A stretch of 64,000 nucleotides of DNA, taken from Bacilli bacterium (GTDB taxonomy: Bacteria; Bacillota_I; Bacilli_A; RF39; UBA660). Shown one piece after another: positions 1 through 9,916 of the stretch. Below the pieces are notes generated by a model. That model made no database searches. It was not told where the DNA came from and saw only the letters and a list, made by a program, of their open reading frames with translations. Numbering within the stretch: position 1 is the stretch's first letter; each line of letters opens with the position of its first letter. The position numbers and the translations under genes are program-made. Location: positions 10,401 through 74,400 of the forward strand of contig JAFYER010000009.1 of assembly GCA_017544165.1 (NCBI GenBank). Direction: 5' to 3'.

Positions 1-909
1 TGTTTTATTACCAAGTTCTGTTATTTTATTGTTGATATCCTTAACAGTTTTATCGTAAACTTCTTCGATACGTGCCGGATGGATTCTTCCGTCTTTAATA
101 AGGGTATCAAGTGTAATTTTAGCTATTTCTCTTCGAAGTGGATCAAAAGATGATATAACAATTGCCTCTGGGGTATCATCAATAATTAAATCAACACCCG
201 TAATTGATTCAATTGTTCTAATATTTCGTCCCTCTCTACCAATTAAACGACCTTTCATGTCATCATTTGGTAAATCAATAGTGCTTACGGTTTGAAGTCC
301 AACAACATCATCTGAGTATCTTTCCATTGCACTAACAATTAATTGTTTTGCTTTTTCTCCTGCTTCAAGTTTGGCTTTGGCCATCTCATCTTGAATATAC
401 TCAGCAATTTCTTTGCTCATGTCCTCTTCGACACGACTCATGATTAAAGATTTGGCTTTATCTTTACTAAAGCCTGATATCTTTTCTAGTTGCTCCATTT
501 CGCTTTTTAAAAGCGCATCCATTTTTTCCTCTTTTTCTTGGATTGCTTGAGTTCTAGATAATAAACTTTGTTCTTTTTCATCTAAAGATGCATCTCTTTT
601 TTGAAGCATTTCTTCTCTTTTATCGAGATTATTCTCACGGCTAATTAAACGATCTTCATTTTGTTTAAGTTCTGCCTTTTTTTCTTTTATTTCAGCATCT
701 GTTTGTTGCTTTAAACGAAAAGACTCTTCTTTTAATTCAAGAAGTGAATCTCTTTTTTGTTTATCTGCTTCCTTCTTAGCATCTTCAATTAGTTTATTAG
801 CTTTATTGACACGTTTTTTATTAATAATTGTAAATATTACAAATACTATAATGGCGCCAACGATTAGTCCAATAATAAGAGTTAAAATGGACATTTTTGT
901 AAATTCCAT
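1..909 (-). CDS. rny: Ribonuclease Y (5' part; runs off the window)
   Basis: Manual translation from ATG 909 (RBS AGAGGA) gives [23 protein letters not shown] (TM), a coiled coil, then the KH region [50 protein letters not shown]...[11 protein letters not shown]. Confidence 0.95.
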   Translation of the reverse strand, partial: MEFTKMSILTLIIGLIVGAIIVFVIFTIINKKRVNKANKLIEDAKKEADKQKRDSLLELKEESFRLKQQTDAEIKEKKAELKQNEDRLISRENNLDKREEMLQKRDASLDEKEQSLLSRTQAIQEKEEKMDALLKSEMEQLEKISGFSKDKAKSLIMSRVEEDMSKEIAEYIQDEMAKAKLEAGEKAKQLIVSAMERYSDDVVGLQTVSTIDLPNDDMKGRLIGREGRNIRTIESITGVDLIIDDTPEAIVISSFDPLRREIAKITLDTLIKDGRIHPARIEEVYDKTVKDINNKITELGNKT

Positions 910-993
910 TTTAATCCTCTCTTTCTAATTTAGTAATTTGTATAAACAAACTCCTATAATTAATTATATATTTTTTTAGAGAATAAGGCAAGA

Positions 994-1014
994 ACAAAAA
1001 AAGCCCATAGGGCT
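994..1014 (-). terminator. Intrinsic terminator after the 1015..2052 gene
   Basis: Minus strand reads AGCCC-TAT-GGGCT followed by a T run, immediately after the TAG stop. Confidence 0.7.
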
Positions 1015-2052
1015 CTACTGACGTAATACTCTTTGAAAAACATCGCGTCTTTCTTCAATTGTATCAACAATTTTATCATATTCAGCTTCATCGAGCATAA
1101 CAGGCATCATGCTACCATGAAATTTTTCAAGTATACGTTTATACTCATCATCATATGCAAGTCTTTCAGCAATTGGAAGTAATTCCGGAAAATCGCTCAA
1201 TAATTCATATAAATTCGGATCATAGCCATCATAAATGTCTTGGTACTCTTTTGCTTCATCTTGACTTTTAAATAATAGTTCAGAATTATATGGAAAAAGT
1301 GGCATCCAAACATCACCTTTTTCGTGAACAAATTGATGTTTATGGTCGATACCCAAAATACGTTCATTATCATAGACAACACTTGGTTCCAAGCCAACAA
1401 TTTTAGGAATAGAATCTTCCACTACTACCGCATCGGTGGTCTTAAATGATTTAACAATAAACTCGGGGTTTAACCTTTGTTTATAACCAATCCCTTTTAG
1501 TTTGGGAATTTGAAAACTAATATTGTTGTGATTACGGTCGACTTGTAAAGTAAAAGCATCTGCAATAAATAATTTAATAAGAAAATCTTTTATTTTAGTA
1601 TAATCGTCACTTGCTAATAAATCTTTAAAAAAGCTTAATAATGTTTTAAGTGAATAACCTCCATAAGCAACTAATGATGATATTTCCGGATTTTCAAGCT
1701 CACTTACTAAATAATAATTATTTGTATTAACTTGGAAGTTATTTGAGATTAACCCAATTTTTCTTTCCTCTTCTTTAGGCTTTTTAATGGAATCTTTTGT
1801 ACGCATATGAACAACATCAAATTTAATTGTATCAAGTCCCACTATATCTCTTGCAAATTCACTAAAAAATAGCTCACTAAAAAGTCTTAAATCATTTCTT
1901 GATTTAAAATAAACTAATCGACCATTATTTAGCTTATACCATGTTGGCTTTTCTCTTAAATAAGCCTCATTGATATTTACCAAGGTGCGTAGTTTTTCAA
2001 TTGGCACTATACTTTCATGATAATGCTTAATTAAAGCCTCATTAAATTGCAT
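1015..2052 (-). CDS. HipA/PI3K-like (CtkA-like) atypical kinase-fold protein
   Basis: Motifs YFK..., SELFFSE, GLISNNF, a catalytic-loop-like DRNHNN and a Mg-binding-like YDNE occur in HipA-like order. Confidence 0.55.
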   Translation of the reverse strand: MQFNEALIKHYHESIVPIEKLRTLVNINEAYLREKPTWYKLNNGRLVYFKSRNDLRLFSELFFSEFARDIVGLDTIKFDVVHMRTKDSIKKPKEEERKIGLISNNFQVNTNNYYLVSELENPEISSLVAYGGYSLKTLLSFFKDLLASDDYTKIKDFLIKLFIADAFTLQVDRNHNNISFQIPKLKGIGYKQRLNPEFIVKSFKTTDAVVVEDSIPKIVGLEPSVVYDNERILGIDHKHQFVHEKGDVWMPLFPYNSELLFKSQDEAKEYQDIYDGYDPNLYELLSDFPELLPIAERLAYDDEYKRILEKFHGSMMPVMLDEAEYDKIVDTIEERRDVFQRVLRQ

Positions 2053-2142
2053 ACTAGTCCCCCGTTTTTTCGAGACTGTATACTATCACATTTACACATT
2101 TTTGTCAATTTTGGCATAAAAAAATGGCTATTAAGCCACTTT

Positions 2143-2844
2143 TTAGCAATTATCTTCAATACTTATAGGAATTTTATAAGTTGTTATTTGTTCATTTTTA
2201 TAAGCTGCTACCTCAAGATATAAAGAACTATCATCATATTTATGACAAACCGAACTATAATTATTTACATTTATACTAACACTCTCAAGATAATCTTTGA
2301 TAGTTATTAAATCTTTTTCTTCACAGGCTGTAATAAGACTTGTTATATTATCTGAGGATTCATAAAGTTTACATATTACTTTGTCATATACTTCATTATT
2401 TTCTTTACCACAATAACTTACTTTATGAATATTTATATAGGTATTTGTTTTCTTTTTATTATAAGCCATACTGCCCTCAAGATTAAAACTATCACAAGTA
2501 GTACTTATTAATTTAAATTCAAAATCGTCATGATGATAAAAATGAATACAAATCGAAACGATAAACACTAAAACAATTAGAGATATAATTATTATCCATT
2601 TTTTATTTAAACTTTTTGTAATATCTTTCTTTTCACCAGTAAGAAGTTCATCTAAAGAAATATTAAATTTTTTGCTAATTTCGGTCATAATGGCAACATC
2701 AGGAACATTTTTACCATTTTCCCATTTAGAAACAGCTTGATAAGTCACACCAAAAAGATTGGCAAACTCTTCTTGCGTAAGGTTATTATCTTTTCTAATC
2801 TTTTTAATGATATTTCCAACTTTTTCTTGATCCATACTTACCAC
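2143..2844 (-). CDS. XRE-family HTH regulator with TM helix and extracytoplasmic C-terminal domain (likely start ATG 2835)
   Basis: IRKDNNLTQEEFANLFGVTYQAVSKWENGKNVPD is an HTH_3 signature, followed by a hydrophobic segment WIIIISLIVLVFIVSICI. Confidence 0.85.
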   Translation of the reverse strand: MVSMDQEKVGNIIKKIRKDNNLTQEEFANLFGVTYQAVSKWENGKNVPDVAIMTEISKKFNISLDELLTGEKKDITKSLNKKWIIIISLIVLVFIVSICIHFYHHDDFEFKLISTTCDSFNLEGSMAYNKKKTNTYINIHKVSYCGKENNEVYDKVICKLYESSDNITSLITACEEKDLITIKDYLESVSINVNNYSSVCHKYDDSSLYLEVAAYKNEQITTYKIPISIEDNC

Positions 2845-2920
2845 TTAATAAATTATATCATTTATTAAAAAAAATAAAAATTTATTTATGCTATAATTAA
2901 ATAAATATGAAAGGAAAAAT

Positions 2921-3967
2921 ATGAATAAATTTATAGATTTTTATCAAATAGTAAAACCCAAAATAAAAAAAGAAATATTGAATTTCAACAATGATATTGA
3001 AAAAGAAAAAAACTCCATAATTAAAGATAATATCGAAGCCTTTTGTTTATTAAATGAATCAGGTAAAATGGTTCGTGGTACACTTGCTGTTCTCGGCTAC
3101 TATTTTTTTAACGATGATTTTACATATGCATTACCTCTAGCTTGCGCTTATGAAGTATTTGAAACATCAATTTTAGTTCATGATGATATCATTGATAATG
3201 ATCTTTTAAGGAGAAACCAAAAAACAATTACAGCCTATAATAATGATAAATATGGTAAGTTTAAAAACAATCATCTAGCAGAATCTATTGCTATTTGTAT
3301 GGGCGATTATGGAATACATAAAGCTAATGATATAATCATTAATCACTATGGCAATGATAAAAACTTTAGTAAATTATTCAAAACTTATAACGATATTGTA
3401 ATAGATACGATTCGTGGCGAGCTTATTGACGTGATAACTCCATTCGAAGAAAAACACAATCTTTTTAAAGAAGATGTTGAAAAGAACGTTATGGATATTT
3501 ATACATTAAAAACAGCTTGGTATTCAATCGTAGGGCCCATTATTTTAGGAATGATTTTAGCAAATAGTAAAGATAATATGCTAAATGAAATAATAGACTT
3601 TGCATTACCACTTGGTATAGCTTTTCAAATTCAAGATGATTTACTTGGGATATATGCAGAATCTCAAACAATTGGTAAAAAAGCGGGTAATGATATCAGA
3701 GAGTTTAAACAAACTCTTTTATATGCCTACACCAAAAACACTTCATATTACAAAGAATTGCTAAAAGAATATGGCAATGAGAATTATGATTTAGATAAAG
3801 TTAGAGATATTTTTACACAATGTGGTGCTAAAGATTATTGTCTTAAAAAAATGGACGAATTATATAATGAAAGTATAAGCAAACTAAACAATATCAAATG
3901 GCTTGATGATATCCATAAAGAAATACTACTCGATTTAATTGAATATTTAAAAAATAGAGAAAAATAA
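2921..3967 (+). CDS. Polyprenyl diphosphate synthase (GGPP/IspA family)
   Basis: GKMVRG, first Asp-rich motif HDDIIDND..RR, KTA, second motif AFQIQDDLLG...GKKAGND. Confidence 0.92.
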   Translation: MNKFIDFYQIVKPKIKKEILNFNNDIEKEKNSIIKDNIEAFCLLNESGKMVRGTLAVLGYYFFNDDFTYALPLACAYEVFETSILVHDDIIDNDLLRRNQKTITAYNNDKYGKFKNNHLAESIAICMGDYGIHKANDIIINHYGNDKNFSKLFKTYNDIVIDTIRGELIDVITPFEEKHNLFKEDVEKNVMDIYTLKTAWYSIVGPIILGMILANSKDNMLNEIIDFALPLGIAFQIQDDLLGIYAESQTIGKKAGNDIREFKQTLLYAYTKNTSYYKELLKEYGNENYDLDKVRDIFTQCGAKDYCLKKMDELYNESISKLNNIKWLDDIHKEILLDLIEYLKNREK

Positions 3968-3994
3968 AAAACAGTAATTAATTACTGTTTTTTT
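3966..3994. terminator. Bidirectional terminator between convergent genes
   Basis: AAAAACAGTAAT-TA-ATTACTGTTTTT inverted repeat flanked by A and T runs. Confidence 0.75.
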
Positions 3995-5078
3995 AACCGC
4001 AAACATCAATATTAACATCAATCGATTTTAGAAATGTGTCTAAAGGCTCGTAAATATCAAGTCGATATTCTTTACCATCGCCATCAATTAATATATGAGC
4101 GCTATCACTATCAACCAGGTAGTTGGAGATATTTTCATTCAAAATTAAATCAAGGTTATAATTATAAGTTCCCTTTTTAATCGTAACTAAAGAATCGTTT
4201 TCGTCACGAATTGCCGCAAATAGTTCATATGTATTATCATTATAAACCTCTAATGATGGTGATAAGCATTTAAGATTTGTTGATTTTAAGGAGAAAACTA
4301 ATTCCTTCTTATTATTATTGCCATCTAATTTAAAGATAATTTCATTTAATTTATTAATAGATTCTTCATTGTATATTTCTTTTTCTTCATCGTTATGAAT
4401 AATAGAAAATGGACATAAATTATCTTCACTGGAATCTTCCTTATATAAAAGTGTATTTAAAGAATTTTTTATATTATTTGCAGATTCTTTGTCAATCTCT
4501 TTAGTGTAAATTAACCTATCTTTATAATCATATCCTTCGTATGCTCTATAATAACTTTCATATTTTTCTACTTTATTCTTAGAAAAATCAAACACATAAT
4601 AAGAGCTTTCATGTGAGCCACCATCATTAAGCATTGTTTTACACCACATATCAGTCACTAATTTATAAATTTCATCATTATTAACATTTATTAAAGATTC
4701 ATCATTATGGATAATTGCCTCGATAATATTTTTTTGTTTTAATGTCAATTCATCTTTATTTAAACTAACACTTTTCTCTTTTTTAGATTGAAATAATTCA
4801 TTAATAAAATCATTTACAACTTTTATATTATCTTTTGAAAAATTAATGTTGATAATATGTTTAATTGGTTCACATGGAGCATTTATACATTTTATTTGTT
4901 CATCATAATATAAAACTATATTATCTTTTTTTTGATATATCTTATATGTATTATCAATTTCAATAAGGTAATCATAATTATGTTCGATAAACTTTAAACT
5001 TGTTTGGCTAAATATTATTAGTAATATTGCAAGGATAGCGATTATACTAAAACAAATAATTAAATATTTCTTATTCAT
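3993..5078 (-). CDS. Hypothetical membrane-anchored or secreted protein
   Basis: N-terminal KK plus hydrophobic helix; a CINAPC motif; no family recognised. Confidence 0.7.
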   Translation of the reverse strand: MNKKYLIICFSIIAILAILLIIFSQTSLKFIEHNYDYLIEIDNTYKIYQKKDNIVLYYDEQIKCINAPCEPIKHIININFSKDNIKVVNDFINELFQSKKEKSVSLNKDELTLKQKNIIEAIIHNDESLINVNNDEIYKLVTDMWCKTMLNDGGSHESSYYVFDFSKNKVEKYESYYRAYEGYDYKDRLIYTKEIDKESANNIKNSLNTLLYKEDSSEDNLCPFSIIHNDEEKEIYNEESINKLNEIIFKLDGNNNKKELVFSLKSTNLKCLSPSLEVYNDNTYELFAAIRDENDSLVTIKKGTYNYNLDLILNENISNYLVDSDSAHILIDGDGKEYRLDIYEPLDTFLKSIDVNIDVCG

Positions 5079-5090
5079 AAACTCTCCTTT

Positions 5091-5720
5091 TTAAAACTCA
5101 TCCTCGTAGTAGTAATCCTCTTCCTCAAGATCATCTGGATCCCTATCAAATTGCCATGGCTCCCACTCACCACTTTTGACAAGTTCTTTTTCTTCTTCAT
5201 CTAGACCATAAGTTTCCATTTCTTCTTCAAGGTTTTCTCTTCTTTTTTCAGCATCTGTTTTATTATTACCAAATGCCTCATTAAAAGTATTTAACGCACC
5301 AACTATTTTTTTACCGGCATCTAATAAACCTTTCTTTTGAGAATTTGTTTTCACAAGCTCATCCTCCGCTTCTTCGACTGGCTTTGTGTAATATAGCATT
5401 TCCTCAGTAGTATATTTTTGCTCCTTTTTTTCTATACCAAACTCACTAAAAATGAAAGCATATAAGTGTTTACAATTTACACCTTTAGCAAATAATGGAC
5501 AAGTGCAATGCATTTGGGTAATATCACCTTCATCATATTTATAGGACACTTCATAATCCTGACTACCATGAACAATACCAAAGTAGAAATCATCATCCCA
5601 ACTAACAAATTCAACCCGTCCTTCTTTGAAATAATTATATCCTTTCCACTTACTACTTTCGGGAAAATAATCATCAAAATCACACTCAGGAATCACTATA
5701 GTTTTCATATTTCTACTCAC
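5091..5720 (-). CDS. SWIM zinc-finger protein with acidic C-terminal tail
   Basis: GIVHGSQDYEV...MHCTCP...NCKHLYA (CxC-n-CxH). Confidence 0.85.
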   Translation of the reverse strand: MSRNMKTIVIPECDFDDYFPESSKWKGYNYFKEGRVEFVSWDDDFYFGIVHGSQDYEVSYKYDEGDITQMHCTCPLFAKGVNCKHLYAFIFSEFGIEKKEQKYTTEEMLYYTKPVEEAEDELVKTNSQKKGLLDAGKKIVGALNTFNEAFGNNKTDAEKRRENLEEEMETYGLDEEEKELVKSGEWEPWQFDRDPDDLEEEDYYYEDEF

Positions 5721-6510
5721 ATTTCCATTTTTTCATTACCCTTTTTATTAATACTGCTACCAAAAAAATAACATTAAAAGCTATAAAATACAATAAAAGC
5801 ATCATTATAGGGTTTAAAAATTGTAAACCAAGAAAAGTAAATTTACTAGCAACATTTTCAAAAAAAGGAATACTTCCTAGATTTCGATACATCATAAAAT
5901 CTAAATTATAAATAAAATCAATAGGTATTACAATTAATGAAAATAAACAATGAAATAAAAAGCCTTTTAAAACTAGTTTATAGTTTAATTCAACATAATT
6001 AGTAACAATTAACAAGCATCCTAAGAAAACCATTAAGAAATGCCATATCATTGAATAAAATGCTCCGAACGAAAAGAATGGATAATAATTTAAAGCATTA
6101 AGTAGTACCATTGTAGCAATACCCCCAACTATTCCACCAGTACAAATCCAGCTTTCTGATAAAGACTTTAGCTTTTCCTTAGAAAAGCCCGCTAAAAGAG
6201 AGGCAAACATAACCATTGAGCAAGAATCTAAAGGAAGTAAATATGTATTAAAAGAACCAGACATTTTAATATCATATATTGATTCCCATGTTGTTTTAGC
6301 AATATAAAAAAATATCATAAATAAGCTAATCCATCTAATTACATTAAGCACTCTATCTTTTTTTGTTTTTCTTAAAACAATTAATAAAACAATTAGCAAT
6401 ATAATAGATATGATCAAATATAAATACTGAGCTATGCTACCAAAATCTTGACCAGTATAGCCTACTATATTGTACTTATAATCAAAGAAATTATAATTAC
6501 CGCGAAACAT
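5713..6510 (-). CDS. YwaF/TMEM164-like integral membrane protein
   Basis: Multiple TM helices; LLPLDSCS motif (cf. LPLHLC); conserved-like His in MIWHFLM. Confidence 0.65.
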   Translation of the reverse strand: MFRGNYNFFDYKYNIVGYTGQDFGSIAQYLYLIISIILLIVLLIVLRKTKKDRVLNVIRWISLFMIFFYIAKTTWESIYDIKMSGSFNTYLLPLDSCSMVMFASLLAGFSKEKLKSLSESWICTGGIVGGIATMVLLNALNYYPFFSFGAFYSMIWHFLMVFLGCLLIVTNYVELNYKLVLKGFLFHCLFSLIVIPIDFIYNLDFMMYRNLGSIPFFENVASKFTFLGLQFLNPIMMLLLYFIAFNVIFLVAVLIKRVMKKWKCE

Positions 6511-6676
6511 CTTATCACCTTTTATATTATAACATATACACTAGATAAACGTGAATGCTCTCTTCAGGTGGCATCCATGTATACCTTTTATATATTTTTA
6601 CATATCATTATAAACCCTTATAAATAAAGGACTTGATGAAAATTAAAAAATTAGCCGCAAAACTAATTTTCAAACT

Positions 6677-6699
6677 TTTGCCACCTAAATGCCACCTAA
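6677..6699. repeat. Left arm-type integrase-binding repeat (tandem TGCCACCTAA)
   Basis: Identical 23-mer at 20140-20162; an inverted partial copy AGGTGGCA sits at 6566-6573 next to the core. Confidence 0.75.
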
Positions 6700-6701
6700 A
6701 A

Positions 6702-6863
6702 TTATTCATCTAATTTATCAATGGTATTAACTATATCATCAAGTTTGTTTCTATACATATGCGAATATGTATTTAATGTTTCATCAATCTTTGTATGTCC
6801 TAAATACTTAGCAACCATAACTATAACTCTTTCCCCTATATCATCTTTTCCTTTGTATTTCAT
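6702..6863 (-). pseudogene. Internally deleted tyrosine recombinase/integrase (53 aa)
   Basis: RBS AAGGAGG plus ATG 6863 gives MKYKGKDDIGERVIVMVAKYLGHTKIDETLNTYSHMYRNKLDDIVNTIDKLDE*. It retains the C-terminal LGH...TLNTYSH motif with the catalytic Tyr; the R and HxxR motifs are absent. Confidence 0.85.
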
Positions 6864-7121
6864 ATTTACCTCCTTGCTAATTATTTAAACATTTAATAAT
6901 TAATTAACAAGAAGTCTAACGATAATAATCAAAATACCAATTTAAATCATTTTTAACACACTTTTATTATTCTAGATATAAACACTCAAAGATTTATATA
7001 AAAACCAAAATAAACAAGATTTAAACCCAAAGAAAAAGATTGCTAACAGCAATCCTATTATAAATATAACTGTTATCTATTTTTCAATTTTTCATAGCTT
7101 TGTTTTAATTCGCTGATTCTG

Positions 7122-7157
7122 AGGCAGAAGAAAAAGACAGAAGTTTTTCTTCTGCCT
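7122..7157 (-). terminator. Hairpin ending the island operon
   Basis: AGGCAGAAGAAAAA / TTTTTCTTCTGCCT 14-bp inverted repeat just after the stop at 7162. Confidence 0.6.
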
Positions 7158-7161
7158 ATTA

Positions 7162-7698
7162 TTAATTTTCAAATAATTTATTTAAGTCTAAATCAATATT
7201 TTCCTTTTCCATTCTATCATTACATTCTGAAATAAATGAATACATATTTGACATATAATCATCTATAGATGTGGCATTATCTAATAGTTTTTCTTTTAGT
7301 ACACTTATTCCACCAAGAATATACTTTTCATAAATCTTTTCACATTCCTCTTTTTCAGGAGTTCCATCTGCATATCTAAAAGCACGATTAATTCTCTCAT
7401 CTAAATCAATTTTTGACTTATCATGTAATAACATTATTAAAGAATAATTAAAAATCAAAATATCTTTATTAGTACTTAGCTGTTGAAAATTTATTTTTTT
7501 ATTTTCATCGTTGTCAGGATTATTTATATCTCTATCTTCTAAACGATTATATAAATAGCCAACAATTGGAGCAATAAATAATACGTCAATGTTTCTTTGA
7601 AAAATAGAGAAATTCTTAGAACCATCTATAACTGATGTTAATTTACTTACACATTCACCATGTTTACCAATAAAATTATAATCTGTTTTATTAAACAT
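7162..7698 (-). CDS. PbeD-like / dnd-system-associated protein 4-like small protein
   Basis: Position after the SMC-like ATPase; motifs IDVLFIAPIVGY and YEKYILGGISVL recall the dnd-associated protein 4 family. Confidence 0.55.
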   Translation of the reverse strand: MFNKTDYNFIGKHGECVSKLTSVIDGSKNFSIFQRNIDVLFIAPIVGYLYNRLEDRDINNPDNDENKKINFQQLSTNKDILIFNYSLIMLLHDKSKIDLDERINRAFRYADGTPEKEECEKIYEKYILGGISVLKEKLLDNATSIDDYMSNMYSFISECNDRMEKENIDLDLNKLFEN

Positions 7699-9728
7699 TA
7701 TTTATCGCCTCCTCTACTTATCACACTATCTAAAGGAACTTCAGGCGTTCTCAACGATAAGTTATATTCAATTCCAACTTTATCATTTAAATATTTTTGA
7801 GCTATTTCACCATCTGGTTTATCCTTAATAAAGATAATAACTTGTCTTGCAATTCCAGGAATTACATCACAAATGTTTTTAATACGTTTTTGATCAAATG
7901 ATGATAGTGGTGCATCCATAACCAATGGATATTCTCCATTGGTTGGAGCGTCTATACTGTCTTTTTTAGCTGTTTTTTCTCTTGCCATCTTAATAACACC
8001 AACAATAAAAGCAAATATAACTGAATAACTTTTTGCAGTATTGCTATCAATACTAGATGTTTCATTTTCTAATTCATCTACATATGTCTTTATTCTATAG
8101 TTATTATCTATAGAAATAGTTACACCGCCATCATATATTGATTCAAACAATGTATTAATTTCCTGTTCAAGCTTATTACGAACCTCGTTCTCACGATATT
8201 CATAGGAATCTTTAATCATTTCATATGCAGCTTTAGCATATTTTCTTTGAATTTCAAAAGAATCATTTTTCTTTTCTTGTAATTCTAGCTTTGTTAAATC
8301 ACTATTAATTTTACTATTATCTTTTTCTCTTAAAGATATATCTGATTTTAACTCAATCAATTCGTTTTCGCTAAGTCTTAATGCTTTCTCATATTCTGTT
8401 TGATTATTCTTAATATCTACAATTTCAATATTCTTATTCTTCATTATATTAGTATTATATTCTGCAATAGTATGTTCTTTTTCATCAACTTGATTATCAA
8501 TCGTTCGAATTGTACTAATATTATCTTTCATATTCTCAAAAAAGTTTTCACTACTTCTTAGACTATTCTTAGCCGCTTGTTTAAAGAAATTTATTTGTGT
8601 TCCTAATGATTGTGGTGGTATAAATTTTAATAATTCTTCCAAATGCTTAACCGCATCACTATTATTATCAGATAAATCTGCACCGCAAATACAAGTACCT
8701 CTTTTTCTTAAAAAATCTATAGTTGATTTTCTAATATCAGGAATTCCATTATCCAAATCACCGCTACTAGATAAATCCTCGACCGCTTCCTTAATCATTT
8801 TCTTTGAAAGGAATTTATAAGTTATAGATGAGAACGCAAAAGTAAAATTTGAAATGTTTTTTTGCTTCATATCCTTTAAATGTGATAAATCTTTTTCAAG
8901 AACATTTAACCTTTGTTGTTGTTCTTCTATATCTTTAAAGTTAATTAATTTTTCTTTACATTCATCAATAGATCTTTTATAAAACGCAATTTGATCTTCT
9001 AATTCAGCTATACGAACTTTGTTTTTTTCAATTTTTTCATTGTTATTATAAAATCTTCTTCTTAGTTCTTTTGCTTCTTGGCTTCCATTATCATCTATTT
9101 GAGAATTATATCTTCCTATTACACTTGCACTTAATGAAGGATTAAGATGATCTAAAGCCTGACTTAAGGCATCAAGTCCCAAAATATTTTGGACAGCTTC
9201 TTTAAAGTCACTTGCTTTACTTCCACTTAAAACTTGCTTTGACATGTCATTAATTCTTTCACCATCAAAGAAGAAATACTTTGATAAATCCTCTGGTAAT
9301 ATGCTATTAATAATTGAAGTGCTTTCAGCATATTCATGATATTTTGTTTGTCCATAACTATCTTTTTCAGAAACAGAAAATTTTGGACTTTCAGCTTTCA
9401 TATTGCCAAGAGAATCTTTTTTATATACTTGAGATCTAGTTATAGTATAGTCAATATCATTATGTTCAATCTCTAAAGAAACAGATACAGTTTGCATATC
9501 ATTTGCAATCATATCCTTTTCAACTAATGTATTTAATAAGCTTTTATTTATAAATCCATCAGTTTTTCCATACAAAACCCACTGAAATGCTTGTGCTAAA
9601 GTAGTTTTACCAGCACCATTTTCTGCAAGTACTAATGTGACATTTTTATCTTCTGATGTTGAAAAAATCATTTCATGATGACCTTTAAATGGTCTAAAAT
9701 TATCAAGAGTTATCTTTTTTAATTGCAT
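7698..9728 (-). CDS. Rad50/DndD-like ABC ATPase with CxC zinc hook (PbeC-like)
   Basis: LDNFRPF, Walker A AENGAGKTT, YFFFDGERI, long coiled coils with a central CICG, Walker B LVMDAPLSSFD. Confidence 0.8.
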   Translation of the reverse strand: MQLKKITLDNFRPFKGHHEMIFSTSEDKNVTLVLAENGAGKTTLAQAFQWVLYGKTDGFINKSLLNTLVEKDMIANDMQTVSVSLEIEHNDIDYTITRSQVYKKDSLGNMKAESPKFSVSEKDSYGQTKYHEYAESTSIINSILPEDLSKYFFFDGERINDMSKQVLSGSKASDFKEAVQNILGLDALSQALDHLNPSLSASVIGRYNSQIDDNGSQEAKELRRRFYNNNEKIEKNKVRIAELEDQIAFYKRSIDECKEKLINFKDIEEQQQRLNVLEKDLSHLKDMKQKNISNFTFAFSSITYKFLSKKMIKEAVEDLSSSGDLDNGIPDIRKSTIDFLRKRGTCICGADLSDNNSDAVKHLEELLKFIPPQSLGTQINFFKQAAKNSLRSSENFFENMKDNISTIRTIDNQVDEKEHTIAEYNTNIMKNKNIEIVDIKNNQTEYEKALRLSENELIELKSDISLREKDNSKINSDLTKLELQEKKNDSFEIQRKYAKAAYEMIKDSYEYRENEVRNKLEQEINTLFESIYDGGVTISIDNNYRIKTYVDELENETSSIDSNTAKSYSVIFAFIVGVIKMAREKTAKKDSIDAPTNGEYPLVMDAPLSSFDQKRIKNICDVIPGIARQVIIFIKDKPDGEIAQKYLNDKVGIEYNLSLRTPEVPLDSVISRGGDK

Positions 9729-9916
9729 TGTAATTCCTCCTCAATAATTTTCATTATCTTTTTCTTTACTTCATCAGAATTGGTATGGTTATTAACCGCA
9801 TCTTTTTCTAAAGTTAAAATTCTCTTAACAATTAACTTTAATTTTTCATTATCAATTGGATTTTCATCAGCTGGAACTTGTTCAACATTAGTATCTTCCA
9901 TATTATCATTATTCAT
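9719..9916 (-). CDS. Small protein between helicase and ABC ATPase (PbeB-like)
   Basis: 65 aa, overlaps both neighbours (translational coupling); amphipathic helices. Confidence 0.6.
   Translation of the reverse strand: MNNDNMEDTNVEQVPADENPIDNEKLKLIVKRILTLEKDAVNNHTNSDEVKKKIMKIIEEELQCN

Noticed and set aside
1015-2844. HipBA toxin-antitoxin pair
   Set aside because: The XRE protein is membrane-anchored with a large external domain, and it is separated from the kinase by a terminator and a promoter.
7698-9728. Housekeeping SbcC/SMC or canonical DndD
   Set aside because: There is no SbcD or ScpAB partner. It has a CxC hook and sits after a PLD-helicase inside an island.
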